Shown piece by piece: positions 37,159-49,974 of a stretch of 64,000 nucleotides of DNA (the first letter of the stretch is position 1; every line of letters starts with the position of its first letter). The stretch comes from Euprymna scolopes (Eukaryota): the NCBI GenBank assembly GCA_053919585.1, contig CM132819.1, one strand, 5' to 3'. Both the position numbers and the translations under genes were made by a program. The notes under the pieces are model-generated. The model was not told where the DNA came from and searched no databases. It saw only the letters and a list, made by a program, of their open reading frames with translations.

Positions 37159-40100
37159 ATCAAGGGAAACACCAAGGGGAATGGGAACACAGGATTCAGA
37201 AAAGGGAAGAGAACACAACATACAGAAAGGAAAAAAGAACACAGGACAAAGAAAAGGAAACACGGGATACAGTGGGGCACAGGAATCAAATAAGGTGGAA
37301 ACATGAATCAGACGGGAACGGACAGACATACTGACAGATGGTGAAGCGTCAAACATTTTTAACAAAAAGCAAAACTATTCTTTTACCAGTTTTATATTGA
37401 ACACATTTGTTAGCAAAACATGCACATATGAAAATAAAATCGAAGTTTTCAACTATACCTTAAAAGGACCATGGAGCGATGTTTGTGCGCTATTATACTT
37501 TTCATCGACGAATATATTACTTACCTAAAAAACGAAAAAAAAAACGAGAAAAGTTAGTAACGAAATTTGATAATTGCGTAGGAATAGAAAACAAAAATTG
37601 TTCTGTAAGGGTGGAATTTTATGGCATGGATTAAAATGGTAGATAGAAGATTCCATAAGGCAGAAGTATTGATTTTGATGCAGGTCTGGGAAAATCGGGA
37701 GTGTAAACGGAAACTTAAGGAACACAAAAACAAAAAACACACGTATAGACACATACGATCTATACGTATATAAACGACAATACAATATTTATAGAGAATC
37801 TACTTTTAAATTCGTACACAACGGAAGTTTATATACTCAGATATTAACATGTATACATAGTTCATTATTTATGTACACAGTGAAGTAATAGATATATACG
37901 AAAATATACAGAGCTACACGCAAATCTAGAAAGATATGCACAGACTATGCGAATATATATTTGTGTAAGATGTCGTATGTATATAGATAGAGAGAGAGAG
38001 AAGGAGTCTCTCGCGACATATGTATGTATACATATGTACGTAAACACATGACTGTTTAGATACAGTGATACGGTACAGTGTTATAGATATACGCACCCGC
38101 GTTTTCACTGTATCAAACATAAACCTTACAGCGCAGAAGACACACGCTGAATCTTTGTCTAACGTGTATGTTTTCGAACAAAGGCTAGTCAAGAACGGTA
38201 AATGTATGCATATGCGAGAAGGAAAAGTGTGTGGATTTGGTGAAAGGGAGGAATGGAAGAATAGACATCTACAAAAAAGAACATACCGGACAATGTAGCG
38301 TCAATCTAGGACGCGTCGCTATTGGAGGCGTGTGTACGTCTGCTAAACAAATGGCGGAAAACAGACGCTAAAATAATGCTATCTTAAAAGACGAAAAATT
38401 TGGAACGTAAAGGAAGCAACTTCAGCAAGAAAGTGAGTGCATTTTGATACGTTGCAAAGGCCACGTAAAGTGCGTTTACACCGAAAACAAGTTTAGAATA
38501 AGCGAACAGTTGTATATCAGAATGCTTTAAAGAATCTGATTAGGATAAAGGCAGGATTTTGGTATTTGGACAAGGGATAAATAGTTAGCTATGTAAGTAG
38601 ATAAAAAAAGGACAAAGTGCAGATTGCAGAAGAATATCTAAAGAAACTGGGTATGGTGATAACTATTTTCATTTTCTCAGTTGTTCAATGTAGGGAAACT
38701 TAGAAAAGATATGACGCAATGACATTAGCGAAATGAAAAACCTAAAAATTCTTTAAACGCAAGAAAAAACGTAGTATATTATTTGATTGGTTGTAGCAGC
38801 AAATTCATAAGTTCAGTTTATGTTTACCAAAAAATACGTCACGGGATATAGTTATGGGATAGAGTAGAGGTTAAAATGAATGAACGTCTATTCCCCCCCC
38901 CCCGCTCTCGCAACAAGAGGTTTGTTTCGGGAGGGCGCAGTTCATCTAAATATTCTTGTTGTGAGAAGTAAACTCGAACTATAAGGCTAATAATGAAGTT
39001 TTTTTTTCTTTTTAATTTCCCTTTGTAGCCAGAAATAGGGGAAAGAAAACAAAACATCTCAACGGCTGTTACTAATAGAGAAAGATATCACTCTCCCTTG
39101 AGTCAACAACTTACAACGTATCGAAAGCCTTATCTAAGATGAGCGAACTACTGCCCACTCATACCAGAATATTATAGCATTTTTAAGTACCAATAAAAAG
39201 TTAGGAGTACAACATTAATTTAAAGGTAAAACATTTGATATTAAATTCAAAAAAATGTTAAGGCATTATTTTTATATATACTTTAAATAATTCCAACATG
39301 ATTTTTATTGAGAAAAATTGCTGACTTGTTTTCAAAGAAATAAAAATGGATTCTGGTGGAATTAATTTATTAAATACAATTTTGTAAATGTTAGTCTATT
39401 TTAGCTATTACATATATGTTAAATATTCGATTCACAGCAAGGAATAATTGAAATTTACGTTCATACGAGAACTACATCATGAATTTTATCAAGATAAACC
39501 AGGGTTAAATATAGCGGACAAACAATATTGAGTAAAAAAAAATAGTAATTCGCTCTAAGTCCCCACCCCTACTAAAAAAAAAAAAAATCTCAACACTAAA
39601 ATAAAAGAAACATGGAATAAATTATGTAGACTTCTTTTAGAAGATGAGGACTTCATCTTTTACGTTTTTCAATGTCTTCGGTTGCTGGTCAACCTGCGGG
39701 CAGGAATGGGATTTCTCTTAATATTTAAAGGAAAATTACAAACAGATGAATGGAGTTAGCATGCAACCCCATTCGATTTTCCCATATATTTTTTTTTTAT
39801 GTAACTGACTATGTATTACAATTCTCTCATTAACCGAGAGTTAATGAGCCTCTTCCTTGCCAGGAAAGTGACGGGACAAGGTAAGGGTCAGGAGGTTTCA
39901 TGCTCTTTCACCTAGAGGCAGATAGGGAGATCGACAGATAGAAAAAGACAGACCAAGTTAATCAAGATAGTATTTTTGCATCAACAGTATTGGATTCTTT
40001 TTCTCACACACAAAGGGCATACTATAAAAAGAACAATATAAACAAATGTAGAGAATACTGCAGACAAATCAGACCAGAGCATGAAAAATGGAAATATGAG

Positions 40101-40160
<60 letters not shown>

Positions 40161-40318
40161 CAAGGAAAGAATAGAATAGGATTAAAAAATAGGCTCCGGA
40201 ATATTTCTGAAACTAATGTACACAGATTTATTGTTGAATCGTGTACAAAGAAATAGAACGAAACAAAGATCTAACGAAGACGATATAACAACGGGGGAAA
40301 AACTGCAGAATGCACGAT

Positions 40319-41378
40319 GATCGAGAAAAGGCAGAGAGCTCGAGAAAAGGCAGAGAGCTCGAGAAAAGGCAGAGAGCTCGAGAAAAGGCAGAGAGCTCGA
40401 GAAAAGGCAGAGAGCTCGAGAAAAGGCAGAGAGCTCGAGAAAAGGCAGAGAGCTCGAGAAAAGGCAGAGAGCTCGAGAAAAGGCAGAGAGCTCGAGAAAA
40501 GGCAGAGAGATCGAGAAAAGGCAGAGAGCTCGAGAAAAGGCAGAGAGCTCGAGAAAAGGCAGAGAGCTCGAGAAAAGGCAGAGAGCTCGAGAAAAGGCAG
40601 AGAGATCGAGAAAAGGCAGAGAGATCGAGAAAAGGCAGAGAGATCGAGAAAAGGCAGAGAGATCGAGAAAAGGCAGAGAGCTCGAGAAAAGGCAGAGAGC
40701 TCGAGAAAAGGCAGAGAGCTCGAGAAAAGGCAGAGAGCTCGAGAAAAGGCAGAGAGATCGAGAAAAGGCAGAGAGATCGAGAAAAGGCAGAGAGCTCGAG
40801 AAAAGGCAGAGAGCTCGAGAAAAGGCAGAGAGCTCGAGAAAAGGCAGAGAGCTCGAGAAAAGGCAGAGAGCTCGAGAAAAGGCAGAGAGCTCGAGAAAAG
40901 GCAGAGAGCTCGAGAAAAGGCAGAGAGATCGAGAAAAGGCAGAGAGATCGAGAAAAGGCAGAGAGATCGAGAAAAGGCAGAGAGATCGAGAAAAGGCAGA
41001 GAGATCGAGAAAAGGCAGAGAGATCGAGAAAAGGCAGAGAGATCGAGAAAAGGCAGAGAGATCGAGAAAAGGCAGAGAGATCGAGAAAAGGCAGAGAGAT
41101 CGAGAAAAGGCAGAGAGAGAGCGAGAAAAGGCAGAGAGAGCGAGAAAAGGCAGAGAGATCGAGAAAAGGCAGAGAGATCGAGAAAAGGCAGAGAGATCGA
41201 GAAAAGGCAGAGAGATCGAGAAAAGGCAGAGAGATCGAGAAAAGGCAGAGAGATCGAGAAAAGGCAGAGAGATCGAGAAAAGGCAGAGAGATCGAGAAAA
41301 GGCAGAGAGATCGAGAAAAGGCAGAGAGATCGAGAAAAGGCAGAGAGATCGAGAAAAGGCAGAGAGATCGAGAAAAGG
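40319..41378. repeat. Minisatellite, 19-bp unit GAGAAAAGGCAGAGAG(C/A)TC, ~55 copies
   Basis: Tandem array with two main unit variants. Confidence 0.98.
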
Positions 41379-43300
41379 AAGCTTCAGACTCCTCACATTG
41401 CTGCTTGTCATTATTCCCTAAAAAGATTTACAAGTTAATTTAATTAAAGAGATAGAATAAACCACACCAGTTTTAAATACACGCATGTGCATGTGTGTGT
41501 GTGCATAATAAACGTAATATTGGTGCGTATGTAACGCGCCAAACAGAAAAGATGAAAAAGCAACTTGATTACTTTCTATGTTTTATTCGAAAAATTTCCA
41601 GGAAATTAGACAAATCATTTAACTTGAAGGATTTGCTTTATTAACATGCATTTACTCTGAAGAAACGTTACTTTTTTTTTCTTCAATGACTTGACCTAAT
41701 GTTTTTGTGTGTGTGTGTGCGCGTGTGTTTAATGTTTATCATGTCTGACTGAAGGAATATCCTTAAAAAGAACATCCTAAGAAATATAATACATATTAGG
41801 GGTTGGCTAAAAAAAGAAAAAGAACCCGGAATTTGTGTTGTTCTAAAAAGCTAAATGATGTAAACAATATTTTAAGCTCCAGGGAGAAACTTTTAAAAGA
41901 CATTCTTGTGTCTTTCTATATTGCCCTATTAAATGAGTAAAAAGTGTAACATCTTTGAAGAATGACGTGACGTTCTTTACTGAGTTTTGAAATCATATTT
42001 AACAAAATGATCTGAAAGTTGAACGTTAATAACTAATCTTTGTAAAATTACTTCATCCGTAAAGTTCTAGGCGTTTTAGAAAAATATTGCCTACAAGATG
42101 GCACTATTTTATGCCTTCGGCGAATAGAAAACCGACATCAAAATCTTTTCAAAATTGATTTCTTCCCTTTGACATTTTTATTACAAAAGAGGAGTTACTG
42201 GTCACTCTAATTCATCGTTATTTTCATGGAAGGAACTCGACTGAGCTCTGGTGTTTATCTCTTCTCTGTACGACATCGAGAGAAAGAATTCGTTAAAAGT
42301 ACGAAAAAAAATCCTTACTATTTGCATATACCCAACACAAAGCAGAAGCTTTAGAAAAAGCGTTTCTTAGCAATAGCATGTAGAAGACATTATCGCAGAA
42401 CTAATCAGTTGATTATGATCTGATTATCTTTAAATCCAATATGAAAAATTCTTATAGACCATCTCAGAGTAATAAAAATAAGGTTGTATCATTGGTCAAT
42501 GTTAGCACTCTTATAGTGTTCCTCATCTTTCACGAGTTTTAATTCTGATTAAAATACTGTTGAAGAGTTACTATTTATTCGCTTCCCCACGAAGGCAAAG
42601 TTGGAGATAAGATCGGTTTTTGCTGTGAGGTAAAAATAAGTCCCCCCCAATAGACACATTGGATTGAAACTAAAAAAAAATTGCACCAATCTCGAGGAAC
42701 TTCCCCTCAAGGAGAGAATAGATTAAGTGTAGCATTAGAACATATACTACATTTTGTTCCTAACCCAAAGGACAACATTCCACCTTAATCTAGTCTAAAG
42801 AGCAGCTTAAAAGCTTGGCGGGTGATCCAAATATATATGTGGAGCAAAGTTCCATTCGTGTCTTCACTAATTATCATTTAACCGATGACACGTAATCGAA
42901 TTAAAGTCATTTCCCGCTAATTAAGGAATTAGTTAGAAGTACACTTGGAAATTTAATTTCAAGAAAAGAAAACTTGCTTACACAATCCACGCCATTAAAA
43001 ACAAGATGAAGGGAAAAAAGTAGAAAACAAACCACTCTAAATCTAATGAACCAGTAATTAAATGAGGTTGGTGTGAGTGCAATCTTATTATGTTTGAAAT
43101 GTTTGACCCTTATTTCCAGTTATTCGGCCTTGTAGGATTTTTGTTGTTTTTTGTTTTCTTCCGGAATAAAGTTAAATCATTCTTATCCTACTTGAAACAA
43201 ACAAGTCGATGACGAAGATAATGACAAAAGGCTATTATCTTGTATCAATGATTAATGACCTCCATTAACGAAAGGTTGGCTCGTTTCTTTTCGTATCTTT

Positions 43301-43424
43301 TATGGCATATCAACTTACATCACCGAAGTTAATCCACATTAGGCCTGGTCAGAACCAAATGGGTGACTCTCTGGGGACATCAGGCGCTGTATCTAGGAGA
43401 ACGTCGACACCTCTCTTCAAGAAC
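43301..43424 (+). mobile_element. 5S rRNA-derived SINE, copy D
   Basis: ATCACCGAAGTTAA (box A region)...ATGGGTGAC (box C region)...CTGGGGACATCAGGCGCTGTA, then the tail GGAGAACGTCGACAC...CAAGAAC shared with copy A. Confidence 0.85.
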
Positions 43425-43785
43425 TACATATCTAATGTCTTTTCCCTTTGAAGGTATAGAAACTGACTGCTTTTGAATTTCATCTTCCTAGAACATGTCC
43501 TCTTTCGAATGAAACTGGGTTATCAATCATGTTCGTTTATTTACATATTGTCATGCAGCACCTCTTCGCGTTTTCATCAAATTTGGGTATTCACGGTCAT
43601 GAGAGTTTCCCAGATTTCAAGATGAGCAACGCAAGGCAATGTATCATGCCTGCTATCCCTGCAGACAGGCCAAAATTGTTGTCACTAGCCACGTTACATG
43701 CACTCATAATAAAAAAGAAAAAAAACAATCCAGAGCAAGTAAAGAAAGAAAATGTTTCTTCTGAACAGAAAAAAAAATAGATCTT

Positions 43786-43916
43786 AGGTGTCGCCATCCA
43801 TCCAAATGCAGCACCTACTATTCAAAAGCAGTCACCCATCTGGTAGTAATCAAGATAAACATTGCTTAACTTTACAGATCTAACAAGAACATTTGTGCCA
43901 ACCTGATTATGACGTA
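43786..43916 (-). mobile_element. 5S rRNA-derived SINE, copy E
   Basis: Minus strand TACGTCATAATCAGGTTGGCACA...AAGTTAAGCAATG...AGATGGGTGAC...GGTGCTGCA, then the tail GGCGACACCT similar to copies A and D. Confidence 0.8.
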
Positions 43917-44034
43917 TCAGATATGTTTATATATAAGATTTGTAAAGTTAAAAGGTGATTTGGGTCGGAGGTCCGAATCGTGCGATGATTTCCGAAAAAT
44001 ATCAAAAGTAAAAAGAGGATGTAACGTGTGGACG

Positions 44035-44103
<69 letters not shown>

Positions 44104-45902
44104 AACTATTTCTTCTGATGTGTCAATGATAAAATAGATTCACTAACTGATATAATGATTAAGTGATTGATTTTGTGCTACGAAACAGATACTGTCAAGA
44201 ATTGTAAATGTCAGCTGAATTAAGGAATGAATGGTAAGCTGGTCAACATCATGAACTTTGGAATATAGACTTGTCATTCATTCATTCACTATATTGCTCT
44301 GTAATTACATTGAGCTTAAATAAGGATTAGTATATATTGTAAGGAAAAAGTATATTTCCACAGAAACATATATATACATACATGCACATACGAGAGAGAC
44401 TATTTTTAAATAATTGCATTTCATAATTTCGGCAATTATATGAACGAATATATTTTTACTACTTATTAAACTCAACTAATTTTGAAGAATCTGGAATACG
44501 TAACAGCTATGTCATAAGATTTTTCCATTCCGATCGTGTATAGGAACAGTGGTGATAATCTTGTTTAAGTGTCTGCAAACATTAAAGTCCAAAGTCTGGA
44601 ACCCAAATATTTACGCACATTTATTTCGGTGTCTGAACCCAACACACGTGGAAAACTACTTGAGACTAACGTGATCATCGTTGTGTTACTGAATGGAAAT
44701 GAGAAGGTTGAAGCGGTAGGCGACGATGACGATTGAATGAAGGACCATCTGTTGTCGAAAACGGAAGATATATATACACTAAGCACACACAATAGCAATA
44801 ATAACAAACCTGAGCCAAGTTTACTTGACTGTAGAATCCTGCAAAATTCATCTTGTTCAGCACAGTTATTTTACTTAAAAATACATACACGGTTTAGACC
44901 AAGTAGTTTCCGTAGAGATTAAGATCTTAAGAAAGCAAAGCAAAGGGTATTTTATGCTACTCGACTTTTCCGAAAATCAGTCTGTAAACGTGGGTTTACT
45001 GAAGTATACAAAAAGCTAACGATGGTGATCGTGGTTATTTCGATATAAACCAACATGTGCTCTGTACCCATTCTTAATGATCTTAGTGGCTCCTTTTGTA
45101 TTCCAAGTGTGAAAAGTGTATACAATCTACATTATTTAATTGTGCATGTTTAACTATATCTTCATTCCATTTATTAAAAAAAAAATGGCTTCATAGACGT
45201 ACAAACTACTGTACAGCATAAAACTTCGCATTGAATTATCTAAAACATTTCATCTTACAGTTTCCAGAAATGGCATCTTACATCCTATCTATATTATTTA
45301 GATCCATCTAATTCAATCTTATAATCTTCAACGATAATGCTATTCTTAAGCACATACAATAACTTATTTGAAAACTATTACAAAAAGAAATATTTTTAAT
45401 ACTATGTGCTCAAATCAAGTTAAGATGAATCCATATCCAAACATTTTCAGTTAACTGTCGCTACACAACGATTTTACACTGTCTTTTTCACCTGGGCACA
45501 AGGAAGAATTTGCTAATATAGACACCCATTTACTTTTGTATCTCTATGGCTCTTCATATCTAACATCTGAGCAGATTTTTAATCTGCACCAAGCAGTAAT
45601 TTATTATAAAAAAATGTATTTTCTATCAAAATTCCATATATACTCTCACTAAGATTACACATTCTTATTTAGCGTAACTCTGTACAGGTTAGACTTGTAA
45701 TATTCATTCATTTAAGATCAGAGTAAAAATTGATGTCCTCCAAAAAATAGAAATAAGAAAATAAATAAAATATAATCAAGGAAAATAACGATTCAATCTT
45801 TAGCTACAGTAAGGAAGAGATGTGTATCTACTCTTCCTAGAGATGGAGAAATAATTAACGGACATTGAACAAACAAGTGAAAAAATACTAAGAACTTGTT
45901 GA

Positions 45903-45948
<46 letters not shown>

Positions 45949-47837
45949 GTTTATGTAACATCCGTTTTTTGCTTTTTTGAACGAGACTGGAAAAATAGAA
46001 GCAAGAGACTTTTACAAGAGGCAACTATACGAATATTGAGAAATTAATATGCTGAGATTTGCTTTATTGACGCGTTCTTAATAAATGAGCAGGTTTTTTT
46101 TAATAAAACCGGAATTTGAGATATAGAAATAAGAATTTAGTGCATTCCAAGGCGAGTCTAAATATCGAAAACGTTAAACACAGACGAGGAAAGAAGGAAG
46201 ATAATACAACCCATTTTACATTTCTTTTATTTTCTTATTTTTCCTTCTATAAAACACCTGTGAATTATTCAGAATATGAAACTGTGACCAAAGTAAATGA
46301 TGCGGAAATCATCCGCTTGGGGATGAAAGTGGACGTACATCTGCCAGCGATTTCCACAGGGATGCAGAAATTCTTCACCTTCTTGGAAATATTTATCAAC
46401 AGTTAAAAAAAAAAAAATTCTTGCTTCTTATCGTGTTTCTTTTTTTCTATTTAGTTTTTGTACATTGCAATGATAATTTTTAAACATCGGATACGAGTGG
46501 AAACGAAAGTGCGTAATACATAACTAGTATGAATAATCAGTATTGTCAGGGATTAAACGCAAAGTAAACTCAATGAAATTATTGGATGTAATAAGCTTTC
46601 AAACACGTCCAATCTTTAATACATAAGAATTTACTATTTTAAAAGTAAATACGTATTCGATTATTTAAAGGCTTTCAAACTTTAAAGATCAAAGTAATCG
46701 ATATGTTTAGGTTTAAATATTTAAAAAATCCAAATCGGTGGATTTACCAAGTAACTGAAATGAATTCTGGTCAATTTATTTCCATAACTGCTTTGAAAAT
46801 TGGGTTTTGAATGCCCTTTATAGTCTGTTACGTTATTATTTTTTATTATTGTAATAATCGATAAATAGTAAATAAAAATACGAGTTACGAAGATGCGAGA
46901 CATGCTGACATACAAGAAGTGCTCAAATTTTTTTACAGAGATGATAGAAACAACACGAGAGATAATATAAAAAGAATAGAGAAAAGCAAAATAGTCTAGT
47001 AAGACATAAAATATTCTATCCTCCTTTTAATAAAAATATGGTGGAGAAATAACGTCGTCAAGGAATGGAATATGTCGATTAAGAAGAGTCTATTCTGAGA
47101 CGATGCTGGACAAAATGAAAAAATGATTATAAGAAAAGCAATAAAATGGAAAATAGTTGGACGATCGGGTGGTTATAACGTAGAAAGGAAGAATGAAAAA
47201 GAAATTAAAAAAAAAAACATGGAGTCGAATCGGCAGCAGAAGCAATGAGGCGGAGAAACAAATGCATTAATAAAAGAAAGATTGGAAAAAATAAAGAAAA
47301 AGAAAATATTGGTGTTCATAAGAAAGAAACGGGGGTGGAGAGCGGGTAGACATGGAAGGATTCATTGATGTTTTGATGGAAATGGAATGGATGGGGATCT
47401 TCTACACATTCCGACATTGCTTGGATGGAAGAAACTGGGAAAATGCGTGTCTGGAAATCTTCGAACGAATGATTGCAAAGGAAAAAAAATGTTTATAATT
47501 TGGCATAAGGATTCGTTATTTTTTAGCATGTATGCAGACAAAATACTTTGCTCACACACACACACATATATATATATATAACAAATTAGAAGCATACCCG
47601 TCTCCGGACAGGTAAAATTCTTCATTCATATCATTCATATCCTCTTCTGTAGTTTATAATCAAGATGTTATTTTAATAAAATTATGACCGGAATTATTAC
47701 AATTTTGATAAAAATATCTCAGGATTCGGGAATCTTAAGAATGAAAATTCAAAGTCCTTTTAATTAGTATCCAATAGTTATAGATCAGTTTCAACAGAAA
47801 TTTGAACTATTTAAATTTCATATCATGATCCTAAGAT

Positions 47838-48060
47838 CTGGCACAATCACGTTGACACACCGGTTTTCGCCAGATCTATTCGAAATCAAGCACTTTGGGC
47901 CTTGCCAGTACGAGATGGGTGACCATTTGAGAATGGCGAGGCGCTGTATGTACCGCGAGGTAACGTACCAGGTTGAGAAACTGGCGCGGTCTATCCTTCT
48001 CGAGGGTAAATGGGACTCTCTTAAGTCGTGGTAGGCACCCCATCTACCCTTGATAGCCCT
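47838..48060 (+). mobile_element. 5S rRNA-derived SINE, copy F (with different/longer tail)
   Basis: AATCACGTTGACACACCGGTTTTCGCCAGATC...AAGCAC...GGGCC...AGTACGAGATGGGTGACC...GCGCTGTA spans 47838-47950. The 3' boundary is uncertain. Confidence 0.8.
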
Positions 48061-49914
48061 GGCGAAGCATCAAGTATTCAGCTACCGACAAGATTCGAAT
48101 TACACTACAAACTCGTGTAGTGAGTTCAATCTCGGCTACGGGCGCGCAAGCTGGATGGACGATCCGCGTAAAATAATTTAAAGATACTGAAATTGTAAAA
48201 ATGTTGATTGATGTCTAATACTTTTTCTAAATTTTCAAAAGTGATCGGAGGGTTCTAAATTTTGCCAAGTTGGTTTACCTTTTTATCCCGTTTGTTTTCA
48301 AATGAATTAAACTAAACCAACCCCATGTTATTACCCTTTACGGCCAGCAGCTGTGGTCCAATATTAATAAAAATGTTATTAGTTCATCAGTAAATACACA
48401 CAAATAATTTTATATATGATAGATATAGATATGTCATACATAGAAGTTATTAATAAACGCGCGTTCCTTGATATCTAACAGCCATCAGCATGGCTTGATT
48501 TAGTAAGGATTGAACCCACAACTAAGACATCTATCATTCCTTGTTATGTAGTTTCTATTTAAAATCAGCATTATAGCATAATTGTCTAATGAGATAAGTA
48601 TGTCTGTTGGAGTCCCTCTAATCTATTAGTTGTATTCAGAGATGAGCAAAGAATCCAGAGGATGGAGGGAGGGAAAGAGTAAATAACGCTTAATCTAATT
48701 AGATGAAAATTGGTTTCGTCGTTCAAATTTTAGAAAAAGAAAATTTTCTAATGAATTTATTGAATAATGTCAAGCCAATTAATTCTGTAATTCACTGGAG
48801 ATGAAATCAAAATGAATAATAAAAAGAAATCGAAAGACTCATCTTTACTTTCGATTGTACGAACTTATTAAAACCCACTTAATACTATCAATAAAAATCC
48901 AAGAATTCTTCAGCTGATGTCGAAAGAACTTGTCTTGCTGCGGGGTTCAACGAAAAATACATTCCTGGAACACAAGAATTTTGTAATTGAAATTTGAAGA
49001 TCATTGAATGTCAGAGTTTTGTGGAAAAAGATGTAAACAGTGCAGAAAATATGAAGATATCGATCCACTTATTGAAGTATGGAGGCCCACAAATGTCATA
49101 ATTCATTAATCGACAGTTCTACGGATGTTTCTGGCGAGGAGATTAGAATGACATTTACACGTCCGAAAGCTGCAAAAAGAAGACTTGCTTTCAATTTTTC
49201 CGTCCCGTTTAAAACAATTTTGGGAGAAGAGTAAATCAAATTCGAATCCGACAAGCTATCATACAATAATATTCAGGTTGGAATCATCAACACCTTGATA
49301 GTAGATTCGCTAACTTATTACAACGTATTGCTCAGTGTGTTCCTAATTAAATCTAAATATTTTGTGGATGGTTCCTGCTATGTAATGGATATATAACTAA
49401 TTCAGCATCCCATTTTCGAAGAATATTCGCGAATATACAACAAATTTTAGACATAAATAAGGCAGGCGTCGTTATCCCTTGATATATTATTCTTCCAAAA
49501 TATATTTGATTTTGGCTATTCAATTCTGGTAAATCTTTGCAGCATGTAAATAAACAAAAAAAAAAATTAAATTTAAATCCATGCAATTCCTTCAAATATT
49601 TCGTCCGGATCGGAATTATTATTTTTAATGGTCATCATTTCTAAAGAGACAACTGTACTGTTTACTGCCCTTTGATTAGAACAAAATATACTATTTTAAT
49701 TTCTTGTGATAAACTGCAATAAAAATATACAGATATGTATCCCTGGCAAGTACGCTATATTGAATGATCATGCTTTATTAACGAGCTAAATGTAATCTGA
49801 ATGCCCTTTTGTAGCTTATTGCTCTACTCACTTATCGAACAATGTTGAAGTAAATTTATAGTTTTATATAAAAATACTATATTTATAATCAATGCTATGT
49901 ATCAGACACGCCTA

Positions 49915-49974
<60 letters not shown>

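Noticed and set aside
36442-37365. Repeat ORFs over the 27-bp array
   Set aside because: Several overlapping frames are open simply because the unit lacks stops.
40182-41443. 373-409-aa ORFs (REKAESSRKG repeats)
   Set aside because: The 19-bp tandem repeat is open in multiple frames on both strands; there is no coding signature.
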